DNA from: an uncultured Deinococcaceae bacterium
GTDB taxonomy: Bacteria; Deinococcota; Deinococci; Deinococcales; Deinococcaceae
Assembly: GCA_964252075.1 (NCBI GenBank)
Contig: CAXULY010000069.1
Location: 1 to 18,415 of the forward strand
Length of the DNA stretch: 18,415 bases
Direction: 5' to 3'
The translations under genes were made by a program, and so were the position numbers. Under the pieces are notes generated by a model that was not told the origin of the DNA, did not search any database, and saw nothing but the letters and a program-made list of their open reading frames with translations. Positions 17,051 to 18,415 of the stretch are shown here, piece after piece (the stretch's first letter is position 1; every line of letters begins with the position of its first letter).

Positions 17051-17918
17051 ATGGCTCGGAAACGCGTGGCGCCCTTTGACCCCCCGACGGCCGCGGATGC
17101 GGCAGCTCACCCGGACCGCGTGCGGCCCTTGCATCAGGGCGGGTGGGTGTGGCTGTGCGCGCATTGCGGGCAGATCGCGTCGCACCTCACGCAGCACGGC
17201 CTCAAGGTCTGCAAGCGTCACGGGGGCAGCACGGCCGCGCAGCGCGACCCGGTGGTGCACGCGATGGCGGTCGCGCGGGGTGAGGAGCCGCCGCGCCAGC
17301 CGGGGCGGCCCATCACGCACGGCTTCTGCGCGGCCCGCGCAGGCGTGCGGGTGGATGAGCTGGTGGAGCGGTACCGCGCGGCGAAACTCGATGTGGACGC
17401 CACGGATGAGGACATGCTGAACCTGCGCGCGTACCTGGACGTGGCGCGCGACATGGTGCCGGACGCCGAGACGCTCACGGCGGAACTGCATGACGTACTC
17501 GGCCTGGTGGGGGAGTGGCGGCGCGCGCGTGACGGACGCGGAGGACGGCATGGGCCGCCCGCAGACGGTTACGGCGGTCCTCACGAACCTCGGCGCCATC
17601 GGGGACCTCATGGACCTCGTGCGGGGCCTCGCGCAGCAGGTGCGCACCTTCCAGCTCGCCGTGGCGGGCATGGAGGAACGCCACGAGCGCCTCGCGCACC
17701 TCGGCAAGGTGCGCGCCGAGACGCGCCTCAAGAACGCCGCGGCGGAACAGCTGGAGGTGTTCGACCTGTTCATGACGCGCCTCGACGTGGTGCTCATGGA
17801 GATGCCCCCAAGGACCTTCACGAGGCCATGCAGGTGCGCTTCAAGCGGGAGTTCATGGACGTGCCGGAGCGCGCTCGCGCCGGGCCCCCTGGCGCGGACG
17901 GTGCCGGCGCGTGAGTGA
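17051..17918 (+). pseudogene. Probable terminase small subunit (CxxC/HGG motif), frameshifted
   Basis: LCAHCG...VCKRHGGST and PGRPITHGF motifs; lies directly before the large terminase. The plausible protein switches frame near 17525, 17806 and probably 17872. Confidence 0.7.
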
Positions 17919-18415
17919 CGGCCTGTTCGACGGGCTCAGCCCGCGCTTCCTGCGCGCCATCGGGCAGCGCATCATCCCGCCCGACCCGGTGTTCACGCCG
18001 GAGGAACTCAGCCACTTCGGGTCGTGGGTCGCGACGACCGGCATGAAGCCGGAGGGCGCGCGGCAGTTCACGCTCGAACCGTACCCGTACCAGCGCGCGC
18101 TGTACGACGAGGTGCGCGGCCAGTACCGGCACCGCGTCGCGATCATGAAGGCCGCGCAGACCGGGTTGACCGTCAAGCTGCTGAACCGGTCCATGTGGCT
18201 GTGCGCGGACGTGAAGCAGCAGATCAACGTCGGCCTGGGCTTCCCCACGCGCGACGAGGTGGAGAAGCTGAGCGCCGGGCGGTTCCTGCCGCAGCTCAAC
18301 ACGTCGGCGCGCATGCTCAGGCTGCTGCGGACCGGCACGAACCGCGTGGACCTGCGCCAGCTCGGCATCAGCAACATGTGGTTCCTCGGCCTGCTCAGCG
18401 GCATCGCGCAGGACA
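17911..18415 (+). CDS. terL: Phage terminase large subunit, lambda GpA-like ATPase N-terminus (partial)
   Basis: Not in the ORF track because no stop lies in the window. GTG 17911 overlaps the upstream stop. MSDGLFDG...[12 protein letters not shown]...[13 protein letters not shown] (Q motif and GpA-type Walker A)...[15 protein letters not shown]. Confidence 0.88.
   Translation, partial: MSDGLFDGLSPRFLRAIGQRIIPPDPVFTPEELSHFGSWVATTGMKPEGARQFTLEPYPYQRALYDEVRGQYRHRVAIMKAAQTGLTVKLLNRSMWLCADVKQQINVGLGFPTRDEVEKLSAGRFLPQLNTSARMLRLLRTGTNRVDLRQLGISNMWFLGLLSGIAQD

Overview
High-GC accessory DNA, most likely a Deinococcus-type plasmid or phage-plasmid. The taxon is inferred from the Rep family, the recombinase N-terminus and repeated TAnnnT boxes 5-7 nt before start codons. 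The window holds an iteron origin (10 helically phased repeats, DnaA box, AT-rich tract) with an intact repA. It also holds an intact tyrosine recombinase and the start of a phage packaging module: a frameshifted HGG-motif small terminase and a GpA-like large terminase running off the right edge. Intact cargo includes a papain-like C1 peptidase, a PAS-PAS-GGDEF-EAL protein, an AraC / EamA / stand-alone B3/4 cluster and several orphan exported proteins. Several small genes carry single in-frame stops or frameshifts, which suggests a decaying phage-plasmid or an error-prone assembly. The least explained features are (i) a hairpin-dense non-coding tract of about 570 nt on the minus strand (8455-9030) containing a 77-nt tRNA-like fold, next to a perfect 13-11-13 inverted repeat with TTGACA in both arms, and (ii) a diverged tandem duplication of the terminase-upstream region whose two copies use different octamers (TGCTCCCC vs TGCGCCCC). 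All calls come from manual reading; no searches were run.
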